A stretch of DNA of 64,000 nucleotides from an uncultured Clostridia bacterium (GTDB lineage: Bacteria > Bacillota > Clostridia > TANB77 > CAG-508), in the NCBI GenBank assembly GCA_934120135.1, contig CAKOTK010000003.1, forward strand, positions 8,746 through 72,745, in the 5' to 3' direction. Positions 59,894 through 64,000 of this stretch are shown in pieces; within the stretch, counting starts at the first letter, position 1; each line of letters begins with the position of its first letter. The notes beneath the pieces are model-generated. The model was not told where the DNA came from, searched no databases, and saw only the letters and a program-made list of their open reading frames with translations. The position numbers and the translations under genes are program-made.

Positions 59894-62638
59894 TTACTTT
59901 CCACAGCAGTTCTTGTATTTCTTACCAGACCCACAAGGACAAGGGTCATTTCTTCCAACTTTTGGCTCGTTGTTTACTATTGGTTCATTTGAGCCTGATG
60001 TTCTAGGAGCTTTTCCTCCTAATTCATTTGATACTGTATTGTCTAGTCCTTCTCCTGTGATTTTTATTGAAGATGTTCTTTGAACATTGCCTTCTCTTTT
60101 TCTTGCATTCATTAGGAATTTTACAACATCAGTTTGAATATCTAAGTTCATTTGCTCAAACATATCAAATCCTTCAATTCTGTATTGAACAACAGGGTCT
60201 TTTTGACCATAGGCTTGTAAACCAATTCCGTCTTTTAGTTCATCCATTGCATCAATATGGTCCATCCATCTATCGTCAACTATTTTTAGCATTACAACTC
60301 TTTCTAATTCTCTTAGTTGTTGTTCACCAATTTCTTTTTCTTTTTTCTCATATGCAGTATGAATTTTGTCTTTTAATTCTTCAGCAACATCATGTGCTTT
60401 AATTTTATCTTTATGAAGACTATCTAAATCAGATATTCCATAGATTTCCTTTATTTCTTGTTCAAAGCCTTCTACATTTATGTTATCAGCATTAGATAAA
60501 TACTCATTTACAGTATCTTCTGCTAAAGAGTTCATCATTTTAGTAATATGTTCTTTTAGGTCTTCTCCGTCTAGTACTTTTCTTCTCTCGTCATAAATAA
60601 TTCCTCTTTGAACATTCATGACATCGTCATAAGAAAGGACATTTTTACGAATACTAAAGTTTCTTCCTTCAACTTTCTTTTGAGCATTTTCTACTGCATT
60701 AGAAATAATTTTTGACTCAATTGGCATATCTTCATCAGCTCCTAAAGTATCATAAACTCTAGTAATCATATCTCCACCAAATATTTTCATTAAGTCATCA
60801 TCTAAGCTGATATAAAATCTTGATTCTCCTGGATCACCTTGACGTCCACTACGTCCACGAAGCTGATTATCAATTCTTCTTGATTCATGGCGTTCTGTAC
60901 CTATGATTTTTAAACCACCTGCTGATATTACTTTTTCTTTTTCGTCTTTAATTTCATTATCATATTTAGCTTTAAGTTCTTTAAATTTATTTCTAGAAGC
61001 TAAGACTTCTTGATCATCAGTCTCGTTAAATGCTGTTGCTTGTTCAATTTGGTCTTCTGAATATCCAAATTTTCTCATTTCTTGTTTTGCTAAATATTCA
61101 CTATTACCTCCAAGCATAATATCAGTACCACGACCAGCCATGTTTGTAGCAATTGTAACTGTTCCAAACTTACCAGCTTGTGCAATAATTTCAGCTTCTT
61201 TCTCATGGAATTTAGCATTTAATACTTGATGTTTGATTCCTTCTTTTTTTAGCATATTGCTTAATTTTTCAGATTTTTCAATAGAAACTGTACCAACTAG
61301 CACTGGTTGACCTTTTGCAAAGCTTTCTTTAATATCAGAAATAACTGCTCTGTATTTTGCATTTTCATTTTTGTAGATAATGTCATGATGGTCATCACGT
61401 ACCATTGGTTTATTTGTAGGTATTTCAATAACATCTAACTTGTATATCTCTTGGAATTCTGCTTCTTCTGTCATTGCTGTACCAGTCATACCTGAAAGTT
61501 TATCATACATTCTAAAATAATTTTGGAATGTAATTGTTGCTAAAGTTTTTGATTCGTCAGCTATTTTAACATGCTCTTTTGCTTCAATAGCTTGGTGAAG
61601 ACCATTATTGTATCTTCTTCCATACATAATTCTTCCTGTAAATTCGTCTACAATAAGAACTTCGCCGTCTTTTACAATGTAGTCAATATCTTTTTTCATA
61701 ATTCCATGTGCACGAAGTGCTTGGTTAATATTATGTACTAACTCAGAGTTTTCAATATCATTAAAATTCTCTAAATTAAATTCTCTTTCAGCTTTTTGAA
61801 TACCTTTTTGTGTTAATGAAGCTGATTTTGCTTTTAAGTCAACTATGTAATCATAGTTTTCATTATCTTCAGCTTGTTCTTCATCTTTTATGTCTTCTTC
61901 AACTATAACTTTTGGAGTTAATCTAGCTACAAAGCTATCAGCCTTTTTATATAAATCTGAAGACTGTGCTCCACGTCCTGATATAATTAAAGGTGTACGA
62001 GCTTCATCAATTAAAATACTATCAATCTCGTCGACAATTGCATAGTTTAATTCTCTTTGTACTAATTGGTCTTTGTATATAACCATGTTGTCTCTTAAGT
62101 AATCAAATCCAAATTCATTATTAGTTCCATATGTTACGTCAGCAGCATATGCAGCCTTCTTAGCACTTGGATCCATTCCACTAATAACTAATCCAACTGT
62201 TAATCCTAAAAATTTATATACTTTGCCCATCCATTCACTATCTCTTTTTGCTAAGTAATCGTTAACAGTAACAACATGAACTCCTTTTCCTGTTAAAGCA
62301 TTTAAATATACTGGTAGTGTTGCAACAAGTGTCTTTCCTTCACCAGTTTTCATTTCTGCAATTCTTCCTTGGTGTAATATAATACCACCAATAAGTTGCA
62401 CATCAAAATGACGCATTCCTAAAACTCTTTTTGAAGCTTCCCTTACAACTGCAAATGCTTCTGGAAGGATATCGTCAAGTGTTTCCCCTTGTGTTAGTCT
62501 ATCTTTAAATTCTGCCGTTTTATTTCTTAGTTCTTCATCTGATAATTTTTGAATTTCAGGCTCTAAACTATTTATTTTCTCTACTATTGGTCTTACTCTT
62601 TTTACTTCCTTCTCACTGTATGTTTTAAATAATCCCAT
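59894..62638 (-). CDS. secA: preprotein translocase ATPase SecA
   Basis: '[14 protein letters not shown]...', '[11 protein letters not shown]' and the C-terminal zinc finger '[14 protein letters not shown]'. The start is moved to M32 of the track ORF. Confidence 0.97.
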   Translation of the reverse strand: MGLFKTYSEKEVKRVRPIVEKINSLEPEIQKLSDEELRNKTAEFKDRLTQGETLDDILPEAFAVVREASKRVLGMRHFDVQLIGGIILHQGRIAEMKTGEGKTLVATLPVYLNALTGKGVHVVTVNDYLAKRDSEWMGKVYKFLGLTVGLVISGMDPSAKKAAYAADVTYGTNNEFGFDYLRDNMVIYKDQLVQRELNYAIVDEIDSILIDEARTPLIISGRGAQSSDLYKKADSFVARLTPKVIVEEDIKDEEQAEDNENYDYIVDLKAKSASLTQKGIQKAEREFNLENFNDIENSELVHNINQALRAHGIMKKDIDYIVKDGEVLIVDEFTGRIMYGRRYNNGLHQAIEAKEHVKIADESKTLATITFQNYFRMYDKLSGMTGTAMTEEAEFQEIYKLDVIEIPTNKPMVRDDHHDIIYKNENAKYRAVISDIKESFAKGQPVLVGTVSIEKSEKLSNMLKKEGIKHQVLNAKFHEKEAEIIAQAGKFGTVTIATNMAGRGTDIMLGGNSEYLAKQEMRKFGYSEDQIEQATAFNETDDQEVLASRNKFKELKAKYDNEIKDEKEKVISAGGLKIIGTERHESRRIDNQLRGRSGRQGDPGESRFYISLDDDLMKIFGGDMITRVYDTLGADEDMPIESKIISNAVENAQKKVEGRNFSIRKNVLSYDDVMNVQRGIIYDERRKVLDGEDLKEHITKMMNSLAEDTVNEYLSNADNINVEGFEQEIKEIYGISDLDSLHKDKIKAHDVAEELKDKIHTAYEKKEKEIGEQQLRELERVVMLKIVDDRWMDHIDAMDELKDGIGLQAYGQKDPVVQYRIEGFDMFEQMNLDIQTDVVKFLMNARKREGNVQRTSSIKITGEGLDNTVSNELGGKAPRTSGSNEPIVNNEPKVGRNDPCPCGSGKKYKNCCGK

Positions 62639-62776
62639 GTCTTTCTTCCTTTCTTTTTGTAAAATCTTACATCTATGATATAATATCACTTTTATAGAAA
62701 AATCGCAAGAAAAAAAGGAAAAGTTAAACATAATTTTCCAATGAATTTAATATATTGTATCAAAGGTGTGATGTGT

Positions 62777-63319
62777 ATGTTTATTTATAATTTAAAAGTT
62801 GACGGAAATAAATTAGGTAAAATATTTTTAGGAATTCTACTAGGAATTATTATTATAATAACTGCTATAGTTGTTTACCGTATTTTAGGAAATAATTTTT
62901 TCAAAACGAATGATGATACAACTTCTGTGAAAGTTCAAGAACTCACAGTTAGCAATTATACCAATGTACTAAAAACTGTGCATGATAATATAGACGATTA
63001 CGTTGGTATGAGAGTGAGCTTTTCCGGATACATACATAGAATGGTAGACTTTAAAGAAAATCAATTTGTTCTAGCTAGAGATATGGTTATCTCTTCTGAT
63101 TTGCAAACAGTAATTGTAGGTTTTTTGTGTGAATGTGACGATATAAAACAATATGCTGATAAAACTTGGATTCAAATTGAAGGAGAAATTATAAAAGGCG
63201 ATTATCACGGAGACATGCCAATATTAAAAATTACAAAAATACAAAAAATTGATAAACCTTCTGACGAATACGTGTATCCACCTGATGCTGCATTTGTTCC
63301 AACATCTGCAATATTTTAG
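62777..63319 (+). CDS. DUF1980 / TIGR03943-like membrane-anchored protein
   Basis: N-terminal TM helix. The C-domain 'VIVGFLCECDD' resembles the CCxxD region of that family. Weak call. Confidence 0.45.
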   Translation: MFIYNLKVDGNKLGKIFLGILLGIIIIITAIVVYRILGNNFFKTNDDTTSVKVQELTVSNYTNVLKTVHDNIDDYVGMRVSFSGYIHRMVDFKENQFVLARDMVISSDLQTVIVGFLCECDDIKQYADKTWIQIEGEIIKGDYHGDMPILKITKIQKIDKPSDEYVYPPDAAFVPTSAIF

Positions 63320-63378
63320 ACATAGATTCAAAAAGCTAGACCTCGAAGGTCTAGCTTTTTAGGCATTTTCAATATTAG

Positions 63379-64000
63379 TTATCTTTCAAATATTGATTTG
63401 AATACTCCTTTATCAATAAATGTTGAGAATATATTTTTTAATATTATTAGTATTATTGGTCCTATAAACATACCAATAACTCCTATGAATTTAAATCCTG
63501 TATACATTGCAATTAAGGTAAATATTGGATGTATACCTATTTTTCCACTCACCATTCTAGGTTCTATAAATTGTCTTACTACAGACATTATAATCCATAA
63601 AACTATAATCCATATTGCTAATGTAAAATCTCCTGAACATGCCGATATTACAGCCCATGGTATCATAAATGTTCCTGAACCAAATATAGGTAATAAATCT
63701 ACAAAACCTATAATCAAGGCCATTAACAATGGGTATTGAACATTCAAGCCTGCAAAATGAAATATATATAACCCTATTAAGCAAATAACAAATGATATAA
63801 ATACTAAAGTAACTTCTGCTTTTAAATATCCTCCTAATGATTTAGTAAGTTCTTTTATATGAATTCCTATTTTTTTAACCCAAGTTTCTGGCATATGATG
63901 TTCTAATTGGTCTATCATGTATACTTTATCTACACAAATGAAATATAATGCTAATAATGTAACAACTGTATATACTCCTATTGTTGGTATAGATGTCAAA
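63379..64000 (-). CDS. ytvI: sporulation integral membrane protein YtvI / AI-2E (PerM) family transporter, C-terminal part (5' end outside the window)
   Basis: The ORF is open to the window edge. 'LPIFGSGTFMIPWAV...IGIHPIFTLIAMYTGFKFIGVIGMFIGP'. Confidence 0.7.
   Translation of the reverse strand, partial: LTSIPTIGVYTVVTLLALYFICVDKVYMIDQLEHHMPETWVKKIGIHIKELTKSLGGYLKAEVTLVFISFVICLIGLYIFHFAGLNVQYPLLMALIIGFVDLLPIFGSGTFMIPWAVISACSGDFTLAIWIIVLWIIMSVVRQFIEPRMVSGKIGIHPIFTLIAMYTGFKFIGVIGMFIGPIILIILKNIFSTFIDKGVFKSIFER

Noticed and set aside
59772-60402. Plus-strand ORFs 59772-60083 and 60067-60402
   Set aside because: They are antisense to secA, with no SD.

Overview
This is a 64-kb chromosomal window from an AT-rich, endospore-forming Firmicute, Clostridia-like by gene content (yabP-yabQ-divIC, ytvI, YjcZ-like microprotein, UPF0182, pta-ackA). 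All calls come from reading the sequence and the ORF track by eye; no database search was run.

The backbone is ordinary housekeeping: mscL, rpmE, miaB, mutS, a U32 peptidase, tRNA-Thr, ftsY, rny, pta, two tandem ackA copies, a Xer-type recombinase, rho, prfB (with its programmed +1 frameshift), copZ-copA and secA.

Three accessory regions stand out.

1. **Inovirus-like prophage (42.48-49.09 kb).** A compact element of about 6.6 kb has the full gene grammar of a filamentous phage. It encodes a divergent XRE repressor, a Rep_trans rolling-circle initiator, a Zot/pI-like ATPase, a 66-aa coat-like protein, several 44-56 aa single-TM proteins (four of them missing from the ORF track), a pIII-like secreted protein and a hairpin-rich intergenic region. 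It has no integrase, capsid, tail or lysis genes. It sits just downstream of rho between imperfect direct repeats, next to what looks like the decayed end of a second tandem copy.

2. **tRNA-Thr to ftsY islet (19.3-25.6 kb).** This region has no integrase. It contains a perfect 95-bp direct repeat bracketing 3.8 kb, and a ~108-nt promoter plus 5' leader module present twice in front of unrelated GC-enriched orphan ORFs.

3. **Phage-debris stretch (36.9-41.7 kb).** It holds a holin, an M23 endolysin and a tail-fibre-like fragment. Interleaved with them are three more GC-enriched, self-contained promoter-ORF-terminator units (moron-like) and a frameshifted HD-domain dNTPase-like gene.

Other observations: three genes are broken by +1 frame changes, which may reflect assembly quality. 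A ~210-nt GC-enriched, terminator-ended candidate structured sRNA lies after the acyltransferase gene. No rRNA genes or CRISPR arrays were seen.
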